Below, one piece after another: positions 12,901 through 23,761 of a DNA stretch of 33,250 nt. Both the position numbers and the translations under genes were made by a program. The notes below the pieces were generated by a model. It had not been told where the DNA came from. It ran no database searches and was given only the letters and a program-made list of their open reading frames with translations. Origin of the DNA: Welwitschia mirabilis (lineage: Eukaryota); NCBI GenBank assembly GCA_051453625.1, contig JBOZIK010000001.1, positions 20,906,706 through 20,939,955 on the forward strand. The letters are read 5' to 3'. Each line of letters starts with the position of its first letter. Positions within the stretch are counted from its first letter, which is position 1.

Positions 12901-12964
12901 TTCACTAGATTTGTGAAATTGTAAATTTGTGAAATTAAAAATCTATAAAGCGAAGAATTCTTAA

Positions 12965-13013
12965 GCATGATGAGTGGATTTGAACCTGCTTGAGCATAGC
13001 CACACGATTTCTA
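12965..13013 (-). pseudogene. Degenerate 3' half of a tRNA-Ser(AGA)-like sequence
   Basis: The reverse complement tagaaatcgtgtggctatgctcaagcaggttcaaatcc resembles, from my recollection, the plant tRNA-Ser anticodon loop, long variable arm and T-loop (TAGAAATCATGTGGGCTTTGCCCGCGCAGGTTCGAATCC). The D-arm and 5' acceptor strand are absent. Confidence 0.6.
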
Positions 13014-14241
13014 AAGAAAGTGTTATCTAATTTTGTTTATTTATTTTTGTTTGGTAATGTATGTTTGTGTATTATAGATAAATATATTTATAAAATTAAT
13101 TTGGTCTCAATGCTAATAGAATGATGGTCCAACTAATGGACATTCATCCTCTATTTAGGAGGTTATGGGTTTGAACAGTTTGATGACATGATTCGTATAC
13201 TATAAGATCTAGAACGTAGTCAAATCATTTATTTGGGTAATCGTGGTGGTTATACTTTTAAGGGGAGGTTGGAGTAGTAAAAGCTATATCTTTTGAATTT
13301 CTATATTTTATATACTAACGAATTATATTTAAGTTTTCAAGGGATGTTAAACTCAAATTGCTACCTTGTAGTGATTGTACCTTCCATGAGAATATAGTTA
13401 TAACATGAGAATTTAGTTATAACATTACGTAAATAAATAATTTAATTATCCTTAGTCTAATTTCAATGAAAGCATTCAAAAGTTTGAACTCAAAAGTTCT
13501 GATAAGATTTCTTGCCTTGTTATAGTTAAAAGCCTGATAATATATCAACTAACATATTAAAAATTTTAAATCCATAAGTTTGTATTAAACATAATCTTGA
13601 CAAGCTTACATGATAGAGAGCAATTTTCCAAACGGTTTTTTAAAGTTGAAAACTTACAGACAATGAGCGTATAGCTGCTTATTCTGCTGCAATGATTCCA
13701 GTGATCGGCCAATGCTTTCGACTGTTCAATTTAAAAGGATAGCCTGTAGCAGTCCCATCATAGTTTTCCAGCAAATGGTTATGCGTTGCAGACGTATTAA
13801 ACTTCAAATCACTTGGCAGAAACTCTTGGAAGAATAATTTTTAAGATTGCATCTCTAAAACAAAGAATATTTCAATGGGAATTGGATCGCAGAATTTCTT
13901 TTTCTCCCTTTCCCTTTCTCCTGCCCTTTGTTGTTAACAAAAGCTTCAACTCGACTGTAATCAGTCTTTTGCCATTGATGACTGTCAAAAAGAAGAATCC
14001 ACAGACGTCGCGCTCGGAGAAAAAAGGCATAGAAACGAAGATAATGAACCTGAGACTACAGAAAAGTAATGAAAATGTTGCAGAGCTCGAAATTGGCAAC
14101 GCCTTTCCGAGGAAAGCTCTGCGCGGGACGAATGTCGTATGTCAGAAGGCGGCACGATTTTTCAACTGCTTTTGCTCACTCGAACACCTGCGTCTGCAAT
14201 TCCACTTGGCAATACCAGAACGTCAATCTGTTCTTTTGCTC

Positions 14242-14275
14242 GACACGTTTGAATTCCTCTGTTTTTTCTATAAAG
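14242..14275 (+). promoter_or_regulatory. Candidate PARP3 core promoter: ABRE plus TATA box
   Basis: GACACGT (reverse complement of ABRE ACGTGTC) at 14242-14248 and TATAAAG at 14269-14275, 140 bp upstream of the ATG, in a locally CpG-rich stretch. Motif match only. Confidence 0.45.
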
Positions 14276-14408
14276 AGGATAAGAAGATCATCGATTGTTT
14301 TACAGGCGGTTCGAATCGATTCAGAGTCTGCAACATTTAGCAGTATTAGGGAAGGAGACCAATCCAAGGGAAAGGCAACACTGTAACTGTTTCTTCGAGG
14401 CAAAACCA

Positions 14409-15232
14409 ATGAAGGTGATTTTTAAAAGCTTAATGGACGTTTCTTCTTATATTTGTGATGAAATTTGCCGCGTGATCAGGGTTCTTGAGTGGTTGTTATG
14501 TTGCAGGGCCCTGAAACTCGGTCTAGAGCGCATGGAGAGGACATTAAGATTGCTCAGAAGAAACCCAGAACTGAAAGCAAAAAGTCTCCGGAGGAGCACA
14601 CCAAGGCGGCCAAGAATGAGGGTCCGGATAACTTTGATGAGCTTCTGAAGCTTCTCAAGGAGAATGTGTCGGTGGATGACCTGCGGAGCATTCTTCGGGA
14701 AAACGGACAAGAGGCCTCTGAAACTGCATCTGATGAATCCCTNNNNNNNNNNNNNNNNNNNNNNNNNNNNNNNNNNNNNNNNNNNNNNNNNNNNNNNNNN
14801 NNNNNNNNNNNNNNNNNNNNNNNNNNNNNNNNNNNNNNNNNNAATCCATCTTCGAGATATGGTACATTGCAAATACTATATACCGCTTACTGAATCCTTT
14901 GCATTTTTATTAGCGCTTTTAATTCTCTGCACTTTCACTGGGGTTTTGAATTCTCTGCATTTTCATTGGGGTTTGCAGAGTGTTTTGGATTTTTAATGCA
15001 AGAAAAGTGTTTTCTCCTATTTGTTTTGTTCAGTGCCGATCAGATGATGTATGGGCCACTTAAGCGCTGCCCTGCCTGCGGAGGAGCGCTGGAGCTGTCT
15101 GGAGGGAATTACAAATGTACTGGCTTTGTTTCAGAGTGGACCAAGTGCCATTTCTGCACCAGAGACCCTCCCAGGGAAGGGGGTGATGACTGGAACATTC
15201 CAGAAGGTGTTATGAGCGGCTTCATCAAAGAG
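14409..15232 (+). CDS. PARP3: PARP3 exons 1-3: N-terminus and PADR1 zinc-binding domain
   Basis: ATGAAG|gt...cag|GGC. Exons 2 and 3 join as C-ADQMMYGPLKRCPACGGALELSGGNYKCTGFVSEWTKC with four zinc-ligand Cys. No N-terminal PARP zinc fingers. The gap at 14743-14842 is flanked by overlapping aatcc. Confidence 0.92.
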
Positions 15233-18200
15233 GTGAACATTCATTTCCTTTCCAGTCGTCAAGGTCTCTATATATTGATTAGCGGTTTCAGGGATTTTCT
15301 AACAGGAAAAGTGGTCAAATTTTGCAGTGGGCAAAGAAGTACCAAGGAAAGCACAAGAGGCCTNNNNNNNNNNNNNNNNNNNNNNNNNNNNNNNNNNNNN
15401 NNNNNNNNNNNNNNNNNNNNNNNNNNNNNNNNNNNNNNNNNNNNNNNNNNNNNNNNNNNNNNNNNNNNNNNNNNNNNNNNNNNNNNNNNNNNNNNNNNNN
15501 NNNNNNNNNNNNNNNNNNNNNNNNNNNNNNNNNNNNNNNNNNNNNNNNNNNNNNNNNNNNNNNNNNNNNNNNNNNNNNNNNNNNNNNNNNNNNNNNNNNN
15601 NNNNNNNNNNNNNNNNNNNNNNNNNNNNNNNNNNNNNNNNNNNNNNNNNNNNNNNNNNNNNNNNNNNNNNNNNNNNNNNNNNNNNNNNNNNNNNNNNNNN
15701 NNNNNNNNNNNNNNNNNNNNNNNNNNNNNNNNNNNNNNNNNNNNNNNNNNNNNNNNNNNNNNNNNNNNNNNNNNNNNNNNNNNNNNNNNNNNNNNNNNNN
15801 NNNNNNNNNNNNNNNNNNNNNNNNNNNNNNNNNNNNNNNNNNNNNNNNNNNNNNNNNNNNNNNNNNNNNNNNNNNNNNNNNNNNNNNNNNNNNNNNNNNN
15901 NNNNNNNNNNNNNNNNNNNNNNNNNNNNNNNNNNNNNNNNNNNNNNNNNNNNNNNNNNNNNNNNNNNNNNNNNNNNNNNNNNNNNNNNNNNNNNNNNNNN
16001 NNNNNNNNNNNNNNNNNNNNNNNNNNNNNNNNNNNNNNNNNNNNNNNNNNNNNNNNNNNNNNNNNNNNNNNNNNNNNNNNNNNNNNNNNNNNNNNNNNNN
16101 NNNNNNNNNNNNNNNNNNNNNNNNNNNNNNNNTCTCACCGGAAAAGTGGTCAAATTTTGCAGTGGGCAAAGAAGTACCAAGGAAAGCACAAGAGGCCTAA
16201 GAGAGAGCACCCTTCTGATAAGATTTTCTCGGGCATGACCATAGCTTTTGCTGGCAGAATGTCGCGGCCTCAAGTAAGTACTAAGATAAACTTACTGCCT
16301 CAACAGTTGGACTATACTGTTTTTTTGTGCGTATTGGAAAAGGCTTCATCGTTGGTTTTGGGTTTCAGTACGTACTAAGGCAGGAAATAGAAAAGCATGG
16401 AGGGAGGGTCTCCAATGCAGTAAGAGAAGGTACTGACACAGATTTACTGGTTTTCAGTTCAGTGGGCATATGAGTTCATTGTTAACTTTTTAATGGGTAT
16501 GCACTGAGAGCCATCTGGTGATTGTGTTTCTGCAACTTAAATTATTTGTAGGAGTGAATTGTGTTGTGGCACCGTATTCTGAGCTTGAACGTGGAGGCTC
16601 ATCTAAACTGGTTGATGCCACGTACGTAAAATCCCTAAACCTTTTCAGGCTTGAGATACAGCAGACGGCTTACCATACATGAGACAGAGTTTATTATTCT
16701 GCAATTTTTTTTTTGCAGAGATAAGAGCATTCCAGTCGTTAGAGAATCATGGCTGCTTGAGAGCATTCAGAAAGGAGAAGCTTTACCAATTGAAGGATAC
16801 AACATGGCTGCTGAACTTCCCGGTGGGCAGGGCATTCCTTGGAGCAAACGCGCTCCAGAGGATGAGGCAGCAGAATCCCTTATGGCCGAGGTGATCCATC
16901 TCTTTTAATTTCTATGACCCCCTTTTGATTCTGCAACTGAGACTTGACCCTTTTGTGGTGTCTGGGGTCTACTACAGCTCAAACTGTACGGCAAGAGAGG
17001 AGTGTACAAGGACACAGAGTTGCAGGACGGGGGAGGGTTTATCGTGGAGAGAGATGGCATCTTGTTCAACTGTGCATTCTCTGTGTGTGACCAGGCTGTT
17101 GGCTTCAACGAGTAAGCTTCTTGTCATCTGGCAATTCTCTGTTTTCACAATTTTATGAACTCTGATCTCTCTGAAGTCGTGATTTTGGGTCAAAATATCT
17201 AATTCTGCTGCATTCAAATGCAGGTATTGTGTTATGCAGATCATTGGAATGCCCAAAGATGATAAACACTACCTGTACTTCAAGAAGGGCAGAGTTGGAG
17301 ACGGTCTGAATGTGGAGGAGAGACTTGATGAAGGGACTCAACTGGAAGAAACAATCAGGGAGTTTAAGAGGCTGTTTGAGGAGCTGACAGGGAATGACTT
17401 TGATGCGTGGGAACGACACAAGAAGTTCGAGAAGAAAAGGCTTAAATTCTATCCCATTGATATGGTTAGTATTCCAATCAGTACTCTAATCGCAGAATGG
17501 GTTTAGGGTTTATACAGTTCCTTGATTTTGATATTGGAATGTTTTGGTTTGAAGGATGATGGAATTGACGTGAGACATGGAGGCCTGGCCGCAAGGCAAT
17601 TAGGGATTGCAGCAGCGCATACTAAACTCCACCCAAAAGTTGCAGAGCTCCTCAAATTCCTCTTTAGTCAAGAAGTTTACAGGTAGAGTAGAGTGAAAAC
17701 ACCAACCATTTTGAAGCNNNNNNNNNNNNNNNNNNNNNNNNNNNNNNNNNNNNNNNNNNNNNNNNNNNNNNNNNNNNNNNNNNNNNNNNNNNNNNNNNNN
17801 NNNNNNNNNNNNNNNNNGAGGTCCTTAAATTCCTCTTCAGTCAAGAAGTTTATAGGTAGAATAGAGTGAAAACACCAACCATTTTGAAGCAGGCTTATTT
17901 GGAAACAGAGGTCTATTGACTGCTTGTGCTAAACTCTGTGCTGTTATGTTTTCTTCTTTAAAGGTTTGCCATAACAGAGATGGCCATTGACGCTCCAGAT
18001 CTACCCACAGGGATGCTAACAAACGTGCATCTTAAAAAGTGTAAGATTAAATAGCTAAAAATAGTTTCTTCAAGAATGGTTTCTTTGTATTGACAAAATT
18101 CTGCGACTTGTTGCAGGTGAGGACGTGTTGCTTGAATTCTCAGAGGCCTTATGGTAGATGACTGAATCCCATGGAAAAAGAGAGGCAGTGTGTTCGGACT

Positions 18201-21200
18201 TCAGTAATAAATGGTTCACTCTGTTGCACTCCACAAGACCTTTCATAATCCATGAGATGTAACAACTTGCAGACGAGGTAAAAGACATCACATCTTCTGC
18301 ATCTTAAGAAGCATAACCATGGCAAAGCTTAAGAAAGATTTCTTGTAACGCAGGTGGCACCCACACTCGAAGGTANNNNNNNNNNNNNNNNNNNNNNNNN
18401 NNNNNNNNNNNNNNNNNNNNNNNNNNNNNNNNNNNNNNNNNNNNNNNNNNNNNNNNNNNNNNNNNNNNNNNNNNNGGTTGAAATTGCAAATATAAATTGA
18501 TTTTTTTAATTATATATTCACTTATAATTTTTAATAAAAATGTTGAAAAATCAAACTTTATTACCTCATTCAAACCAATGATACATGGTATTACATGTTA
18601 ATAACCTTTTCTATATGGTAAATTATTGTTAATTATCAACTAAATCTGCATCTTTAGTGGATATTGAGGCATATGTTAGTTTGCTTATTTATTTTGTTGA
18701 TTGCTTCTATGTAGCATCAACTGCTTAACTATACTATAAGTACTTGAAAAGTAAAAATCTCTTTACTTTATTTTGCTAATTTGATATGTTGGTGGTTCAA
18801 AAAATAGGATTTTCACTCTATTTTGCATCATTTGCACAGGTACTGAGTTTAATTTCAATCAATTCTCTTACAAATAAAAAAAAGATACCAATTCCTTAAT
18901 TTTTATTTGTGGCAATTCCCATTCAGAAAATCAAGAAAATAAAAAGTTATAGTAGCAGAAACAAGAACTTATTTCTAAATCCATGGATGAAGTAAGAGTA
19001 AAAGCATCAGAAGCATAAGGAAAGTTTTGGAGTGGAAATATTTAAAGTAAAATACTCTTAAGAAAGCTATTGTATAATATAAATAACATGGTTAATTGTA
19101 AATTCACAACTCTTCTCTCTATTTTCAATTTCAATTAGATATCTTAAATGTACTTTTGGAAATATTTTACTCAACTAATGAATTAACAGGGCACTCTGTC
19201 CATTTTAATAGTGATAGAAGAAAAGCTAAAGGGAACATCAAAAACCCCTTCAATCAGATTATCCTTGTTAAGTTTTAGGTTTGTATCATTTTTTAATTCT
19301 TTGCTTAAAACTAACCTTTACTGCAACATTCGTTATTCTCAATCAAAATAGCAGTCCAAGTGTTATAGGTAAAAAAGGTACTAAAGGGGGGAAAAGCAAG
19401 CATAACAAGATAGTTTTAAGTGTGTCTGCAATTATAGTCATTTTAACAATAACTAAAATTACATTTGTTGTATCTTCTAGAGATTTATAAAGGTTGAGAT
19501 CTCTTTTGATCTAGTGGACATGTGGGAGATAGGTAGGGCCACTAAATACTGCCTCCTCAAATAAGGAATGTAAAAGAAGGAAAGAGGGAGTTTGAAAAAT
19601 AGGGCAACAGTCCACAGAAAAAAAGAATAGCACTATGGATAAGGCGATTCATTGGCCTTGGGGATGTCTTTTGCAAACAAAGGGGATAAATTCCACTTCC
19701 ACATCGTTTCTACCTAAAAAATCCATTCTTTAATATTACAAAGTGCATATCCATTATTAAGACTTCTTTGTAGTGTGTTCTTATTTTTCAATTATTTTAC
19801 TAAAAGTTGTAGACAAATGTTGAAGATAATCACAAGTAGTGTCAGTGGTGGGTAAATTTCATTTTAGCATCTATCCTGATTGGCTGACATGCTAGCTCTT
19901 TTATAGAAATAATAAACTACCTAGTTGAAGGATTTCTAATTAAACAAAAGAAAATTCTTGAAACTATCATTTCTTATTTAGTTTCATTTATCTTAAATAA
20001 CTCTTTTTGATAACATTGTTAAATCATTAGAAAAGAGCTAATTCAATCTGAACTCAATCCATCAATCCTAGATACAGATTGTTCATAATATTGAGGGAGG
20101 AGAAAATGTGCTTGCAGATTTTAGGCATGTAGGAAGGCTCTAACAAGCATTTGGTAATCTTTTAACTACTTGTTTATTTTCCTCCACTTGCGCTTTCTCT
20201 CTCTCTCTCTCTGCATTACAGAGCCCTTCTGTGATCAGATCCGTCCTAGTGACCTGCTTCTTCCAGTGACGAAGTTTTGACTCCTAAAGATGTTAGAACT
20301 CCTTGTAAATACTCTTTAGTCTGTGTTTTGATTTTTGATGTTATTTTCTCTTACCAGGGTTTTGCTGCCTTGCTGATCCTGGAGTTGTTCTCCTTTTTAC
20401 ATTATGATCAGAGAGAATTCTTTTTTTTCTCAGAGGTAGCACACTAACAATAGGTAAACATAAAGTCTAAGTTAATTCTTTCTTAAACCCCCAGTTGTTA
20501 GAGAGACAGGGAGTACAATTGGAATGAAAACATTTATTTCATATAAAGAAATTCATCCTTTCTTTGCATTGCTGCTGTTGGGCCTCATAACAGAGTTGAT
20601 AACCTCATTGTTTTGTGATCCATTGCCATAGAGAAAAGTGCCCTTTCTTGGAGGACATAACCTCCATCAAACCTCTACAAACACACAGCAGTGACAGCAC
20701 ACTCAATGCTTGATGTTGGCTTCCTTTATGATGCGTTTCATCTGTAATCTTTTAATAGAAAACTCTATTACTTGGCTCGGATTTCATGTCACATGTTACT
20801 TATAACCCTTAGCTTCCACATCTCTTAGAGCCTCCCAATGGCAGGGCTTTACTTTAGGGAGTTGCAGAGGAGGGGCCTGGAATAATAGGAAGGTAAGAAA
20901 AAAGCTTTATTGCATTTTTTAAGGTGACATGCATTTATCCAATGTTGCATGGGATGGAACATGGGTTTGATGTTTCACATTAATATGATAAGTGTTTATT
21001 ATTGACTATGATGATGGTTGGAGAATAAATTAGGTTGTTGAAAAATGTCTTCACAATTTTCAGAGAAAATTTTGATTGCAGCATTTGTTATTCTTGTAAT
21101 ATTCTTTCGCTCGACGTATTGGCGTGCGATGTAACTTGTGCCTTTTGTCTTGGATTTACAAGTCCCTTGGAGTAAAATATTTTACAGGTTTCTCTTATTG

Positions 21201-22949
21201 CCCACACAATTATGAGCTATGTTCAACACATTTCTCTCAATCAGAAGAAGCTTTTGATCACTTAGATTACTCTTTCCCTCCTCTCTCTCATCTTTCTGTC
21301 ATTATCCTTCCCAATAATCATGAGAAAATCGAGCTTAAGAAGAAACCCTACATTTTTACAACATTGCCCAAATGTAAAGTAGGCAATTGTGATTTCTTCA
21401 TAAGATCAAGGAAGGATGTTGATTTGGTGGAGGAATTCACTTTGCTTATACTCTTGGAAGCATAGTAGAGCCATAAATCTGATGTTGTAGATGGGAAGGT
21501 GTCTGCAGGTGCACTCTTGAGTACTTATGTAAATATGCTTTGTCAATACCATCGCCTCTTACAAACCCTAATTCATGCAAATTCAAGGCACTTGCTGAGC
21601 GAAGTGTGCTTCTGCATCAATTACAACATTGCAGCCTGAAATTGGCAAGCAAAAGTATTAAGAATCGAAAGGAGGAAAGGAATGAAAATGTTGCGTTATA
21701 TATGTGGTAATGGATTTATAAATGAATTTATAATTTTCTTTTAACGATTTTAATTTATTGCCTGGAAAAAGACATAGAAGACTACGACATGATTCTCAAG
21801 TACCTTCAGAAAATCTTTGAGCCAATTCGCTACAGAGATGGAGTAAGCAGAAGACCCAACATTTCCATTATAATGAGATGCGTTTGATGATGATACTCCT
21901 GTGAGAGATCTCCATTAACTTTGCTTCCTTCTCTGCCTGTTGTCCGATGTTTCAGTCATTTGGAGTAATAGTTGAAGACATATTCAAGGTGGATGGGAAT
22001 TCTCCTCCTTACGAGGAAGTAGTCAAGATTTCCAACAAATTGCTTCTTTGGTGTGGTACGGTCTGATGAATCCATTTTGAATTAGCTCTGCTTTATGTGT
22101 CCTCCTCTGTGGAAACTGATTGATAACAATGATTTCCATATGAGGGTTTTGCAGGAACTAGGACCAGCAATATTGTTAGGCATTTGAAACAAGGGTTCTT
22201 GCCTGCAATCTTCTCTGCTCCTGCACCCGGCTACATGGTATGGTTCTGGGTCCTCCATTACGATGTTGTATAGAGTCTCAACTGTGTTTCTGGCTTCGAC
22301 TCCATCAAAAAGTGCAAATGAACTACATCTCATTTCTGTTAAATGCTTCTGTAGTTTGGAAAGGGGATATACTGCACCGATGCAGCTTCGATGGCAGCAA
22401 ATTATGGATTCACTGCAGTGGATAGAAAGGAAGGTTTTCTAATGCTTGCAGTTGTGGGCCTTGGAGAGAAGCCTGCCCTTGAGATGTCTGAAGCTCCTGA
22501 GGTAGTCTGTCCATGCAAGTTTCTGATATTTTTCCAAAATCTGATACAAGCTGTACTCATTTTTTCTGTGTTTTGATAATGAACCCAACTGAAGAACCTG
22601 CAAATTTGGTGCTCAGCAGGACACAGGGAGGCTGGAACGTGAGAAAGTAGCAGTGAAGGGAGTGGGGAAGAAAACAACAGACCCAGAAGAGCATTTTACT
22701 TGGAAAGATGAGGTAACAGTGCCCTGTGGGTCACTCATTTCTTCTGGTCACGACAAGAGCCCAATGGAGTATAATGAATATGTTGTGTATGATCCCAAAC
22801 AGGTGCCACCTGAAACTCCAAAACTGTTTTTACATTTCAGCAGCAGCAGCATCCAATCCAAAAAGGGCTGTGAACACTTACAAATGATTTTACTGTTGCA
22901 GGTGTGCCTTCAATTCATGGTCAAGGTGAGGTTTGAGGTGGTTGCTTGA
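14409..22949 (+). CDS. PARP3: Poly(ADP-ribose) polymerase 3-like gene (plant PARP3 subgroup), 18 exons; mosaic or partly pseudogenised as assembled
   Basis: GT-AG exons in consistent phase: 14409-14414, 14507-14861, 15034-15232, 16163-16273, 16369-16429, 16552-16621, 16719-16890, 16978-17111, 17224-17464, 17555-17682, 17964-18040, 18117-18277, 18354-18375 plus 21759-21842, 21956-22055, 22155-22237, 22355-22501, 22620-22802, 22902-22949. The spliced protein follows Arabidopsis PARP3 as I recall it: MKGPETRSRAH, LKLYGKRGVY, FYPIDMDDGIDVRHGGL, LLLWCG, YGFTAVDRKEGFL, MEYNEYVVYDPKQ. Confidence 0.95.
16163..16890 (+). CDS. PARP3: PARP3 exons 4-7: BRCT domain
   Basis: IFSGMTIAFAGRMSRPQ / YVLRQEIEKHGGRVSNAVREG / VNCVVAPYSELERGGSSKLVDAT / DKSIPVVRESWLLESIQKGEALPIEGY. 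Confidence 0.92.
16978..17682 (+). CDS. PARP3: PARP3 exons 8-10: WGR-like domain and start of the regulatory domain
   Basis: LFNCAFSVCDQAVGFNEYCVMQ...LYFKKGRVGD...IREFKRLFEELTGNDFDAWE...FYPIDM / DDGIDVRHGGLAARQLGIAAAHTKLHPKV. Confidence 0.93.
17818..18375 (+). pseudogene. PARP3: PARP3 regulatory-domain exons 11-13a from a disrupted copy (two premature stops)
   Basis: Exon 18117-18277 reads EDVLLEFSEALW*MTESHGKREAVCSDFSNKWFTLLHSTRPFIIHEM*QLADE, with TAG at 18155-18157 and TAA at 18260-18262 in frame. The segment is bounded by gaps and begins with a diverged repeat of the exon 10 end. Confidence 0.85.
18476..21755. other. About 3.3 kb of non-PARP sequence separating the halves of exon 13 (insertion or mis-join; unclassified)
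   Basis: No PARP homology. PARP3 resumes mid-exon at ~21759 (CLEKDIEDYDMILKYL) with no AG acceptor just upstream. Contains a (CT)n tract at ~20197-20212 and only weak retroelement-like hints. Confidence 0.6.
21759..22949 (+). CDS. PARP3: PARP3 exons 13b-18: catalytic domain
   Basis: SNKLLLWC-GTRTSNIVRHLKQGFLPAIFSAPAPGYM-FGKGIYCTDAASMAANYGF...KGVGKKTTDPEEHFTWKDEVTVPCG...MEYNEYVVYDPKQ-VCLQFMVKVRFEVVA*. No stops, and splice sites are intact. Confidence 0.93.
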
Positions 22950-23623
22950 GCAAAGCAGCACTGCTTTCCACTGTATTTTTTGTAAATACAAAGAAGATTT
23001 GCAGTGATTTTGAAGTGGGTATGCTTCACGTTGCCAATACATACCCCACACAACCCACAACCCACCTTCTGTACATTCTGTAAATTTGATGTTTTAAAAA
23101 GTAATACCGTGATTAGTGCTCCAGCAACCTTATGAATGCTGTTTTTGTAACTGATTTTGTAATTAGCGTTTTACCAAGCTTATGGATGCTGCTTTTGTAA
23201 CTGATTTTTGTTATTGAAGTTAGGCTGACTTTCTCTAAATTAGACAACCGCCTCAGAGACTGTCTAAATAAGCTTTTAAAACTTTTAAAAGAATTATTAT
23301 CGATCTTTGTTGACGACTGTATCAAACTTTATAGGCCCACTACCCAGTGAAGTTTTTTCAGTTATGGAAATGTTAACTAAGAATTATCTCAATGAAAATA
23401 TGTAGTTTCTCTTGGTTATATAATGATCATCATAATCATCATTATCATTATCAATTAAGAATATCTCGATGGAAATTTTTAATACAAATGTAGTATTTAT
23501 AGTGATGTTGAATTTAAAATTTTTAGTGATGGTCTCTTTATAACGATCATGAGTATTTAAACAAATAATTTAATTTTTCCTTAAAAACTCATAGTGAGAT
23601 ACTCAAACGTTTAAAGATACTCA

Positions 23624-23761
23624 AAATTAAAGTCCACTAACATATCTTAACATTTATTATAGTTTATTTAAAGAAACTATGACTTTTTTATTAAATTAAA
23701 GTCCACTAACATATCTTAACATTTATTATAGTTTATTTAAAGAAAATATGACTAAGTCCAC
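23624..23761. repeat. Tandem duplication, 69-bp unit x2 plus a partial third
   Basis: aaattaaagtccactaacatatcttaacatttattatagtttatttaaagaaa at 23624 and 23693, nearly identical, followed by aagtccac again. Confidence 0.9.

Noticed and set aside
13120..13180. Possible second SINE or tRNA head (tggtccaact...gggtttgaac)
   Set aside because: Boxes too degenerate, and I found no TSD or tail.
13813..14409. Overlapping ORFs of 75-175 aa upstream of PARP3
   Set aside because: No recognisable domain. They overlap the GC-richer promoter and 5' UTR, where chance ORFs are expected.
14966..16378. Long ORFs (284-470 aa) in several frames
   Set aside because: Artefacts of translating through the N gap at 15364-16132. 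Only the embedded PARP3 exons are real.
17499..17511. Telomere-like gggtttagggttt in a PARP3 intron
   Set aside because: Under two repeat units. This is common by chance or as an isolated telo-box.
21124..21465. 113-aa ORF inside the PARP3 interruption
   Set aside because: No recognisable motif on either strand and no clear splice structure.
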